Source of the DNA: the human T2T-CHM13v2.0 reference genome, Homo sapiens
Direction: 5' to 3' (one strand)
Length of the DNA stretch: 64,000 nucleotides
Assembly (NCBI RefSeq): GCF_009914755.1
Contig: NC_060934.1
Part shown: piece by piece, positions 1 to 12,902 of the stretch
How the letters are laid out: each line of letters opens with the position of its first letter
Numbering within the stretch: the first letter of the stretch is position 1
Program-made: the position numbers and the translations under genes
The notes under the pieces: generated by a model
Seen by the model: the letters and a program-made list of their open reading frames with translations, nothing else
Database searches by the model: none
Told to the model about the DNA's origin: nothing

Positions 1-437
1 AGAAACTTTAGGGGCCTAGAAAGAGTGAAGGGAAAAAAACTAAACCAGATCCTTAGGTCCCATTTCATGAGTAGAAATTTGAAGACCTTTTCCAGGTTTC
101 TTGGTTTGTTTTTCCCTATTATTTAAAAGTCACATGTTCTATGTGCCTATAACAATATTTAGAGGCAGAATTAAATACTGCATAGGAACACTGCAGTGCG
201 AGAGGCTCACTGTTTCATCAACACTTTTATTTCACTTTTTTATATTGGATACATTTAGGGTAAGTTTTATCTTGGTGCATCATTTAACTAATTCTCTTAC
301 CCTTTTCCTTGTGGAGCTGTCAATGCCAGCACACAAAAAACGAATAAAATGAAAAATATAAGCCCAAATAATCACACCGGAGCAGGCTGTTAGATGGGTT
401 AGCATCTACATCTGTTCCCAACCTTAATCTCTCTGCC

Positions 438-748
<311 letters not shown>

Positions 749-755
749 CCCTTAA

Positions 756-1110
<355 letters not shown>

Positions 1111-1364
1111 AGCCCCCTTAATTTTTAAAATACCTCTTTTTATATTACTTGTGGAGCAAGAACAACGAATTTTCAGCCAAGTAATGCAGGGGTAATATCT
1201 GTTACCCCCTCTTATTTTTCAGAGACTTGGCCTTTCCATTGTTATTTCATCTTGGCTTTCATAGTTAAGTATAAAACATTTTGTAGAAAAGGCTATTGGC
1301 TACTCTACCATCCCTGGCAGTCAGATACAGTGTTTCACACAAGGAAAACAGAGAACATTTTGTG

Positions 1365-1530
1365 AATACTTTGCTATGCCAGACACTGTTTTAAGTACTT
1401 AATAACTATTTAATTTAATTATCACAACAACTTATGAAGACGTGTATGGTAAACAAAGACACAGAGAGGTTAAGTCACTTGCCTTATGTTACATAGCTAG
1501 TAAATGGCAGAGTCAGAATTAGAACATAAA
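1365..1530 (-). mobile_element. MIR
   Basis: MIR core acagagaggttaagtcacttgcc...gctagtaaatggcagag. Confidence 0.8.
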
Positions 1531-2040
1531 TACTCCAATATAGTAGATTTCTTCTCCCCCAACCCCACCCTCACCTCCAAGTATAATATTTTATTTGCTC
1601 TTGGTAAAGTCAATTCATCTTTTCATTCCATCTTCCTTTCCAGCACACTTCACTTCATGTCAGGCAGCACTGAAATGACCCAGGGCATTTTGGAAACTGC
1701 TAAGAAAAAGTTGAACCCGAGATACATTTAAATAGGAATTTAGTGTGTATTTACACAGTTTACACTTGACATTGTGACACAGAGGTGCAAAGACAGAGGT
1801 CAGGATGTAATGCAACTTGTCTATTCCATTACACTAGACCCCAGAGAGTCCAATGATACACACTGCTAAAATACATCATAGGCAGAAGGAACAGGTATAA
1901 TTTGCATGAAGATGGAGGCATGTCCTCCAAACCTTAGAGCTCATAAATTACATAAACTTGATAGAATTTTTTGCAAATTTGACAGCATCCTAAATATTTA
2001 TTTTACATTCCCATTAGTAAGTTGTGAAGGTGAAATAATT

Positions 2041-2049
2041 TTTCTTTTT

Positions 2050-2082
<33 letters not shown>

Positions 2083-2357
2083 AGATGGAGTCTCGCTCTG
2101 CCGCCCAGGCATGAGTGCACTATCTTGGCTCACTGCAAGCTCCGCCTCCCAGGTTCACGCCTTTTTCCTGCCTCAGCCTCTCGAGTAGCTGGGACTACAG
2201 GCGCCTGCCACCACTCCCGTCTAATTTTTTTGTATTTTCAGTAGAGACAGTGTTTCGCCATGTTAGCCAGGATGGTCTCGGTCTCCTGACCTCGTGATCT
2301 GCCCGCCTCAGCCTCCCAAAGTGCTGGGATTGCAGGCATGAGTCACCGCACCCGGCC
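2041..2357 (-). mobile_element. AluY
   Basis: Alu dimer with Y diagnostics; TSD aataatt(t/a)ttct. Confidence 0.95.
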
Positions 2358-2437
2358 AATAATTATTCTAACAATCAAAATAAGAAACATATTTTGATCA
2401 ACTATGCCAAAAGAAAGACTAAATTGTTTTTCTAGAC

Positions 2438-4393
2438 TGCTGTGGTATGAATCTTTTGTCTCCCCAAATCTCATATTTGGAAACTTAATCCCCAATGTGA
2501 TAGTAATAAGAAGTGGGGACTTTGGGAGGTGATTGGGTCATGAAGGTTCCAACTTCATGAACAGGATTGATGCCATTATAAAAGATCCCTGATGGGCTCC
2601 TCCACCATTCGAGGACACATAGTAGGCATCACCTATGAGGAGTGGGCTCTCTACAGACACTGAGTCTGCTAACATCTTGATGTTGGACTTTCCAGCTTCC
2701 AGAACTATGAGCAGTAAATTTCTGTTGTTTATAAATTACCCGGTCTAAGATATGTTGCTACAGCAGCTAGAACAAACTAAGAAATTGATTCAAAGAAGTG
2801 GGGTGCTTCTCTAAGAAATGCCTAAAAATGTGGAGGCAGCTTTGGAACTGGGTAATAAGCAGAGACTGAAACGGTTTGCAGGTGCATGCTAAAAACAGCC
2901 TATATTACTGTGAGCAAAGCAGTAAGAGTGGATTTGGTGAGGGCTCAAAAGAAAAGGAGAGCTGTAGAGAAAGCCTCAGTCTTCTTAAAGTTTACCTAAG
3001 TGGTAGTGATGAGAATGTTGTAGAAATGTGAACAGTAAAGAACATTCTAATGAGGTCTTGAATGGAAATGAGGAACGTATTATTGAAAACTGGAGGAATC
3101 GTGATCCTTGTTACCAAGTGCCAAAGGATATGGCTGGATTGTATTCATGTCCTTGTGTTTTGGGGAAGGCAGGGCTTGTGGGTGATGAAATTGGATATTT
3201 GGTGAAAGTAACACCTAAGCCAAGTGTTCAGGGTGTGGTATGGCCTCTACTGACTGCTTATTGTAAAATGCAGGAAGGAAGAAATAATTTAAATATGAAA
3301 TTTATAATCAAAAGGAAAGCAGGATCTAAAAATTTGGAGAATTCTAATTTTGTAAAAAATGAGAAAATGTGTTCAGGAGAGAACAACTAGGGTGTGGCCA
3401 AGCGAAAGTCTGATTGCAAGATTAGGATGGATAGAAGGAAGCCAGATGCTATTCATCAAGACAATGAAAGAATGTCCCTGAAGGCATTTTGGAGATCTTT
3501 GGGTCTGCCCTGCTCATCACAGGCCCAGAATGCCAGGGCCATGGGGGAAGAATGATTCCAAGTATCCCCACCCTGAAATCCAATGCAGTGTTTATTGACC
3601 CAAGTGTGGCTGGAGCTGCACCTCCAGAGGACATAGGTGGTAAACCGTGGTGACCATCACATGGTGGTAATTATGCAGGTGCTCAGAATGCCTGAGCTGT
3701 GGAGGCATGGCTACCTCCACCTACACTTCAAAGGATGCCATGGAGAGCCTTGGGGCTCAGGCAGTGAACTGCCACAGGTCCAGGGTCACTGCAGAGAGCC
3801 CCCACTAGGGTAGTACTTAGTCGAATTGTGGGTGCAGGGCCACCCCCATGACCCCAAACTTGTAGAATCATGGGTATGAGATTCCAGCGTGGGGAGAGCT
3901 ACAGGCACCAGAGTCCAACCTCTGAGAGCTGTCATATGGGCTTTGCCCAGAAAAGACACGAGATCAGTGCCTGGATCCTTGGGGCCCATCCCCTGCCCCA
4001 GTGATTCCAGAAGGCAGGACATGGAGTCAAAGAAGACTGCTCTCAACCCTTAATATTTCATGGATTTCTTTGTCCTGTTGGATTTTAGACTTACTTGACT
4101 GTGTTAGGAAGTGGGGCATTTGGAAGGTGATTAGGTCATGAGGGCTCAGCCTTCATGAATGGGATTAGTGCCCTTATAAAAAATCCCCAAGGGAGTTTAT
4201 TCAGTTCTGCATGTGAGGTTAAGAGTGAGAAGACAGCTGTCTATGAGGAAGTGGGTTCTTATCAGACACTGGATTTGCTGGTGCCTTGATCTTGGACTTT
4301 TCAGCCTCCAGAACTGTGAGAAATAAATTTCTGTGGTCTACAAATTACCCAGTCTAAGATATTTGGTTATAGCTGCCAAAACAGACTAAGACA
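2438..4393 (+). mobile_element. MaLR provirus, MLT1A-type: LTR (2438-2783), internal region, partial 3' LTR (about 4100-4393)
   Basis: Two homologous LTRs ending ...actaaga(ca); typical MaLR internal start aatgtggaggcagctttggaactggg. Confidence 0.85.
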
Positions 4394-4644
4394 CACACTC
4401 TCATAGAAAATGCTATAGAAAAGACTAGGAAATGGTAACCAAATGTATGCAGTAAAAGAAAAAAAAAACGAATAGGGAAAATAGTGTGATGAAAGTGTGT
4501 TTCAGGTAAATAAATCATGCTGCTTTTCTAGACTGTATATGTAAGCTTTTGTAAATTTGTAACTGTTGATTTCTTCTTACATTTAAAAGTTATATTTACT
4601 TTTATATTTATTTTTGTAATTACTATTCTATGTTCTTACTTGTT

Positions 4645-4830
4645 TTTCAGGGCAGAAGTGAAAATTTATTAAAAGCTTTAGAACAGTAAGGGAAGGGCAG
4701 GGAAGGAAGGAGGGAGGAAGGGAAGGAGGGAAGGAGAGAGGGAGGGAAGAAGGAACAAGGAAGGAAGGAAGGAAGGCAGGCAGGCAGGCTTGGAAGAGGG
4801 CCAACGGGTGACTTGAGAAAGCAAGTGCAT
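4645..4830 (-). mobile_element. ERV1 LTR fragment (MER61-like) with internal GGAA/GGAG expansion
   Basis: gcagaagtgaaaatttattaaaagctttag...ggaagagggccaacgggtgacttgag resembles the remembered consensus. Confidence 0.45.
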
Positions 4831-5377
4831 TTGTTCTTGCTTTTTAAAGAGCTCGCAAATCTGTAGTAGCTTCTGGTTGATAGGGTTAAACATAAGTTTG
4901 CTGAAAGGATCAACGTATACATATGTACACATATTTTATAACATGTAGCATGGGATTAACATGTAGGATAATCATTAACTTTCAGATCCTTTTCTCGTTT
5001 TCTGTTTAGAGTATTACTTAGATAATGGGGTTTCCTTAACTTACTTGTCCCAGGAAGAATCTGGAAGATCTCTCAATGTGAATCTTTTAAGCATACCAAA
5101 GGAAAAAAAGGTTCCCTAATTCTGTAACAAAATCTGACAAACCTGTGTTATAATGTTTTGTGGTGAGATTTCTGGGATTTGGAAGTGTCTGAAATAATGG
5201 TACTGGAAATAAAGATGAAGAAGGGATTTCAAACATTTGTGGCTATGGACTACGTGGCAAATACTCAATAGATCTAAACAGTTTAGAAATCATTTTATCT
5301 TGTTATCTATTGTTTGTATTGTATACTGGAATAGGCTAGGTATGGGTCTGAACATTTTTGGAATAATCTAGAATACA

Positions 5378-5500
5378 TTTATTCATTCAAATAAATATGT
5401 GTTTATTATATATAGACATCATCCCAGATGCTGGGAATACAGCGGTGAACAATCAGACCACGTATCTTCCTTCTTGGAGCTCATATTCAGGGAAGAAGAT
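5378..5500 (-). mobile_element. L2 3' end fragment
   Basis: attcattcaaataaatat...gatgctgggaatacagcggtgaacaa...ggagctcatattc. Confidence 0.7.
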
Positions 5501-6357
5501 GGGCAATCAAGAAGGATTCCTTCTGTGGTGATCAGGGGCAGGGTTCAGGCTCAGCAGACTCAGATCCTTATGTGTAGCGTACTTGAAACATTCTTACATG
5601 ACCATCCACATAATAAGCCATGTCTAGAGGATGTTTAGATAAAGATGCACACATTTTGTCATCAAAATCACAGTAGCAAACACAAAATCTTGCCTGGGCC
5701 AGTGAGGAATGACAGGAGGTGCAATATATACCTTTGCTTCACACCTGACTTCCTCCTGGACTCTTTACACCTTTGTAGATCCATGGTGCTATATAAAACA
5801 CACGTCGGATCTTATGCAGAATATTAGCTTTCTTCCTATATTCAAAAATAAGTGAGACTCAAGTCCTGTGTCTCTCACCTTATCACTTTTCTCTGGATTA
5901 TCTGAGAGGGAAATTGCAGTAGCACACCATTTATTGTAAGACTGAGATCAACTGCAAAGCCAAGCCTCCACTATCTGAAATACTGAGATAATATTATCAT
6001 ATGGTCATCTCCAGACCTGCACACGGGATAGTAGAAATACTAGTTGATGGAGAATGTGCCCTCTACCATGGCTTTTCTGGGCAGACTCAGAAAGTGTAGA
6101 TAGTCATAAGAAAATTTCCTGACATCATTTGTCGTGGAAAAAGATGAGAGATAGAGGACAAATCTAATTTGTTCATTTGAGTTTCTTATATTATCCTCCC
6201 TCTTATAATGTACAATTCTACTGATGATATTATAATATATTATAATAATAAAGGTGCATGTATGTCATTAGTGAATCACAGGTGATGGAGAATATAATAA
6301 TCTTTTACAAAATTACAGTTATTAGTGAGAAAATAATTCTTAAAAGTAATACATATG

Positions 6358-6530
6358 GGAAGTAATAGGAAGGAAGGAAGGAGAGAAGAAAGAAGAAGAA
6401 AGAAGGAAGGAAAGACAAAGAAAGAAAGAGAAAGAAAGGAAGGAAGGAAAGAAAGGAAAGAAAGAGAAAGAAAGAGGGAAAGAGAGGGAGGGAGGGAGGA
6501 TGGGAGGAAGGTGAAATTTAGAAGAAAGAA
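6358..6530 (+). repeat. GA-rich polypurine microsatellite (GGAA/GAAA)
   Basis: Direct reading. Confidence 0.9.
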
Positions 6531-6634
6531 ATCTTGCTTAATAGAAAATTGAGAAAACGCAATTTACACATCAATGAGCCACCATGTTTTATCTTACAAA
6601 CTGTTGAAGAATGTAAAACACGCACACACATACA

Positions 6635-7151
6635 GACAATGTTTTCTCTAGCTATGTGTAAAATGTGCCCCAAATTTAGTGGTGTAAAAGATGGATCATT
6701 TTATTATCATGCTCATGGATTCTGTGGGTCAGGTATTCAGAAAAGGCGCAGCAGGGACAGCTTCTCTCTGCTCCACAGTGTCCAGGTGCTCAGCTGGGAA
6801 GACTCATTCACTAGCAGGTCTGTTCGTTGCCAGTGAATGCATGTTTTCTGGAATCTCAGATTGGGCTGTCAACCAAACGCCTATATACAGCCTCTCCATG
6901 TGACTGTTCGGTTTTCTCACTACATGGTGGCTGTTTTCCAAAACCAAGTGTCCCAAGAAAAGTCAAATAGAAACTCTGTTTATGCTCTGGCCTTGGATGC
7001 AAGCCTGCATTGCTTTTGCTAGTCATGAGTCCCCCTAATATCATAAGGAGAGAAGATAGCCCTGACTTCTTTAGGGGAGCAGTGTCAAAGTCACATGGTA
7101 AGAAGAATGTAGGGACATTTTGCGGCCATTTTGGAAAATACAATCAGCCAC
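6635..7151 (-). mobile_element. MLT1G/H-type MaLR solo LTR
   Basis: Ends ggccattttggaaaatacaatcagccaca, the reverse complement of an MLT1G-like start. Confidence 0.75.
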
Positions 7152-7427
7152 AAACACTAATCATGAATTTTGATGAGGATTCAGGGAAATGAGAGGAATT
7201 ACAATTTAGTACTGTCTGTCTGGGAAATGGATGTATTTAACAGAAGTCTTAAAATGGACATATCCTTTGACAAAATAATTCTAGGTTTTTAAGTACTAAA
7301 TCTGAAAGAAATTATTATGGTTGTTTTTATAAACTACACGTGCCATGGCTCAGCAGCCTATGAATAGTTTACTCTTATTTGATCATATCTGAATAATTGT
7401 AGCACAAACCTCCAAGCTTGAGAATGA

Positions 7428-7830
7428 TGCTACAGCTTGAACGTTTCTGTTCCTCCAAAATTCATGTTGAAACTTCTTCCCCTATGCAATGGTATTAAGA
7501 GGTGGGGCCTTTAGCAAGTGGTTAGGTAACGAGGGTTCCTCCCTCATGAATGGTATTGAGGCCCATATGAGAGAGGCTTCACACTGGGTCAACCCTCTCT
7601 TGTTCTTTTGCCTTCTGCCATGTGAGGGCACAACCTTCCCCCTTTCTGCCACAGGTGGATGCGGCAACAAGGTGCCATCTTGGAAGCAGCGAACAGCCCT
7701 CATCAGACACCAAACCTGCTGCCACTTTGATCCTAAATGTGCCAGCCTCCAGATCTGTGAGGAAATACATTTCTGTTTAAAATGACGCAGTCTCATGTAT
7801 TTGTTAGAGCAGCACAAATAGATGAAGACA
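7428..7830 (+). mobile_element. MSTD-type MaLR solo LTR
   Basis: tgctacagcttgaa...ggtgccatcttggaagcag...gaagaca. Confidence 0.8.
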
Positions 7831-8398
7831 GTTGGCCACAGGATTTAGCTCTGTTAAAATGTTCTTGTCCCCACTAATGTTTTCTGGAGGGTCCTAAAGG
7901 TATGTCCCACAGTGACCACAAGCCAATCTGTAAGCACAGTCCCCAGCAGCGCCCCACCATGTTCCTGTTCTTAGGTGCATTCAGTGAGGCACGCTTTAAA
8001 CACTTGGTAATGATGAAGGTGGTACAATGAGTTGTTGCAATTATTTTCACTATGCCTTTCTGAACGTTCTAAATTTTCTATAGGGAATTCATTTGTAATC
8101 AGAAACATAGTTATTGAAAAGAAATGAGATTTTCGCTTCTGATCTTATCCTAATTTGTCAATGGCAAAAGATGTTTTGACTTTGTACTTTATAATGCTCT
8201 TGCCAGAGGAAATCATATATGGATAGATGAGATAGTTGGATGGATAGATAGACAGGTACAGATATTTACCTTATAAATAAATCTACATAGCTTTCTTTAC
8301 ATCAACCTATGTAGACTTATTACCTAATCATATGTGTGTGTATATTTGTGTATATGTATATATATGTGTGTATATGTATATGACACATATATCTTTCT

Positions 8399-9485
8399 TT
8401 TTTTTAATTATACTTTAAGTTCTAGGGTACATGTGCACAACGTGCAGGTTACATATGTATACACGTGCCACGTTGGTGTGCTGCACCCATTAACTCGTCA
8501 TTTACATTAGGTATATCTCCTAATGCTATCCCTCCCCCTTCCCCCACCCCACAACAGGCCCCGGTGTGTGATGTTCCCCTTCCTGTGTCCAAGTGTTCTC
8601 ATTGTTTAATGCCCACCTATGAGTGAGAACACGCAGTGTTTGGTTTTTGTCCTTGCAATAGTTTGCTGAGAATGATGGTTTCCAGCTTCATCCATGTCCC
8701 TACAAAGGACATGAGCTCATCCTTTTTTATATATGTGCCACATTTTCTTAATCCAGTCTATCATTGTTGGACATTTGGGTTGGTTCCAAGTCTTTGCTAT
8801 TGCAAGTAGTGCCACATAAACACACGTGTGCATGTGTCTTTATAGCAGCATGATTTATATTCCTTTGGGTATATACCCAGTAATGGGATGGCTGGGTCAA
8901 ATGGTATTTCTAGTTCTAGATCCCTGAGGAATCGTCACACTGACTTCCACAATGGTTGAACTGGTTTACAGTCCCACCAACAGTGTAAAAGTGTTCCTAT
9001 TTCTCCACATCCTCTCCAGCACCTGTTGTTTCCTGACTTTTTAATGATTGCCATTCTAACTGGTGTGAGATGGTATCTCATTGTGGTTTAGATTTGCATT
9101 TCTCTGGTGGCCAGTGATGATGAGCGTTTTTTCATGTGTCTGTTGGCTGCATAAATGTCTTCTTTTGAGAAGTGTCTGTTCATATCCTTTGCCCACTTTT
9201 TGATGGGGTGGTTTGTTTTTTTCTTGTAAATTTGTTTGAGTTCTTTGTAGATTGTGGATATTAGCCCTTTGTCAGATGAGTAGATTGCAAAAATTTTCTC
9301 CCATTCTGTAGGTTGCCTGTTCACTCCGATGGTAGTTTCTTTTGCTGTGCAGAAGCTCTTTAGTTCAATTAGATCCCATTTGCGAATTTTGGCTTTTGTT
9401 ACCATTGCTTTCGGTGCTTTAGATATGAAGTCCTTGCCCATGTCTATGTTCTGAATGGTATTGCCTAGGTTTTCTTCTAGCGTTG
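8399..9485 (-). mobile_element. 5'-truncated L1PA (PA4-like), about 1.1 kb
   Basis: L1 3'UTR and ORF2 C-terminus (ORF 9088-9441); perfect 18-bp TSD tgacacatatatctttct at 8381-8398 and 9486-9503. Confidence 0.95.
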
Positions 9486-10334
9486 TGACACATATATCTT
9501 TCTAACTGATCCCCCTCACAACAGTCTTGTCCATTTCAACCTGTGTTTCAGACCATATCCAGCCAGAAAAAGTGTTCTGAAAATGCAAGTTTGATCACAT
9601 CATGTCCCTGTTTAAAGTCGTTCATTACTGCTGGGATGCAGAGCACCTTTCCTCCACAGCCCGCATTCTCTGCTAGAATCTGCTCCCGACTTGCCACTTC
9701 CCTCCTACCTCTTCCCACCACCTGCACTGCCACAAACCACCCAATATGCGTGTAGAATGGCTGTCTTTTGGAAATAATTTGTGCTTTAAAAATTCCTGCA
9801 CTTTTTCAGTCTCTAGATGTACTTCACTTGGTCCATACTACATTTTAAAAGTAATTTTCTTTGTTGCTGATGTTAATAAATTGGGAAATACTACATTAAA
9901 AAATAACTATCGTTTAGATTTCCTTAGAATCTGATACGTTGGCTTTGCATTGCCAGGGCCTCCTTGGGATAGGCATGGGATTTACAGATTACAACAATGG
10001 TCATCACTCCTAATGGCCCCTTACCAACTCATGCCACTAACACACACAACATTCCTAACCCCATACACGTAGACGTTTATGACCCTGCCAAAAGTGAGAA
10101 TTATTCTCCCTGAATTTTCACCTGAATGTTTGGCGTTATTTAGAAGAAATGTAAATGTCTCATTTTCTCTTGGTTAAGAAAGAATTAAAATCAGTTTCTC
10201 AATCCTAAGAAACTGTGATGTTTATAAAAGAAATTTAATGTTTTCTTTACTCATTATTTTCAGTACTTCTTACAGCCTTTCAAGCTCCACTTTTCAATTG
10301 AGCACTTTGTTGCTTGCATTGCTTACTAATTTTC

Positions 10335-10448
10335 TCATAATGTTAGTTCTGATCCTCCCTCCAGACTCAAAACTCATTGACAGCAGGAGCCATGTCAGGA
10401 TACTTATACTTAGAAAAGCTCTCAATAAATATTGGTTGATGAAGTGAT
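10335..10448 (+). mobile_element. L2 3' end fragment
   Basis: gctctcaataaatattggttgatgaa terminus; another L2-like piece near 9540-9700. Confidence 0.55.
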
Positions 10449-11732
10449 AGAATGTATCATTCTAGCACAGGAAGGTATCCTGGAAGAATGGTAGCCTGGT
10501 CATTGACAAGGCTCATTTAGGACAAGTCAGTCTTTCCTACACAGCTCTTCAGGAAAGCCCGTTATCTACTCCCATAAAGCAAGAGAGAGAAAAATAAGGT
10601 TTTATATGTTGGAACCTAAATCTTTCTTCCTACATTCATTTTCAACCTAGAAGCTTCTCAAGATAAAAATAGCACCATAGATTCTCTCCTTCCATGGGGA
10701 AAAAAACCCAAGTGAAAAACTCTCCGTGGGTTCAGCGCTACCTGTCTCTGATGTCACCATGATTTGCATGCCAAAGGGAAGCCTGCAGGCAGAGTGGCCC
10801 TCTCTGGGGATGGGTGCAGCCCAGAACTGGAAACTGACAGGTCTTGGTGAGGATGCAGAGAAGGCTGGCTCTGCAATACCGCTGGCACTGTCCGCAGGCT
10901 CTGTGGAAGCTGGAGATCCCCGGGGCAGGCAAGGAGCCTGAGGTCAGGAAGGTTGCCATTTGTAAAACCAAAGTCACGAGGGAGCTGAGTTCCTGCTTTA
11001 GGAAAATTAACTGGTTGAGGAGATAACAGTCAGAATAATTAAATGCTTCTGCTATGTGCCTTACTTCCCAACTGACAGAAAGCATTGTAATTTTAGAATC
11101 ATTTTCTTCTCTCAGATGAAGATATGTTTAAGAGCGAGGTGACAGTTTTCACATGGATGCACAGATTTCTAAAGACAACATCTTTACAGCTATCATTTGT
11201 GAAAAATGTATTTGTCAGATTACAGGTAACTAAATTAGTAAGGAGGCACCTGACCTCAGAAAAGAATGTAAATGACAGTTTCCAGTGTGAAATCGTTCTC
11301 ACTGGGACAAGGATATCTTCCTTTTCTCTTTGGCTTGAATGAACATACTGGCCAATAGCAACACATTTATTACTTATGAGTGAAGTAAAGGCCTGCCAAG
11401 ATTCAAAGCAAGCAAACGAGGAAAATGACAGGACAACAGACAGATATTTTAGTGATCTTTGTTCATAGGTGAGGAGTTGTATAAATTCCATGAATAATCC
11501 AAATATTAAAAATAAACTAATTACATGTGTGACTAAATGATGAAATAAACTAAATTTTCTCCTTCTAGAATAACTTTTCTAAACAGATACCTTCACAGAC
11601 TGACATATATATGGGTGTATCGTCTCCTTCTCACATAAAGGCTACATTAATACATTTATATTTGTGTGGCTTTGTGAGAAAAATAAGTGTATCAAATGGC
11701 AGGTGGTAGCAAAGAGAGAAAGTGAAGAAAGG

Positions 11733-12392
<660 letters not shown>

Positions 12393-12608
12393 CCCCTGAG
12401 AGAATTATTTTATTTAGAATCAGGAATTGTGATGCTTCACTTCAGCAATTTATTTGCTTGTCTCATGCTGACACAGAAATGTGTGATCAGCTGTGTTTCT
12501 GACTTATCCTTAGCAAACATTAAACTCAATCTCTGTCCTTTGGTATGTTATAGTCAAACAAAGCCAATGAAACATACATACTAAATAGTACAATACTATT
12601 AAAAAATA

Positions 12609-12902
12609 GGCTGGACATGCTGGCTCACACCTGTAATCTGAACAGTTTGGGAGGCTGAGCCAGGAGGATCGCTTGAGGCTAGGAGTTTGGGACCACCGTG
12701 GGCAACATAGTGAGACCTCATCTCTAAAAAAAAATTAGCCAGGTGAGGTGGCATGCAGCTGTAGTCCAAGCTACTTAGGAGGCTGAGGTGGGAGGATTGC
12801 TTGAGTCCAGGAGATCAAGCTTACAGTGAACTATGATCATGCCACTACACTTCAGCCTTGGCAACAGAGTGACACCTTATCTCTAAAAAAATAAAAATAA
12901 AT
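12609..12902 (+). mobile_element. AluJ
   Basis: J diagnostic ggaggatcgcttgag; high divergence. Confidence 0.9.

Noticed and set aside
3028-3390. 120-aa ORF
   Set aside because: Decayed MaLR internal sequence with a GTG start and no sign of preservation
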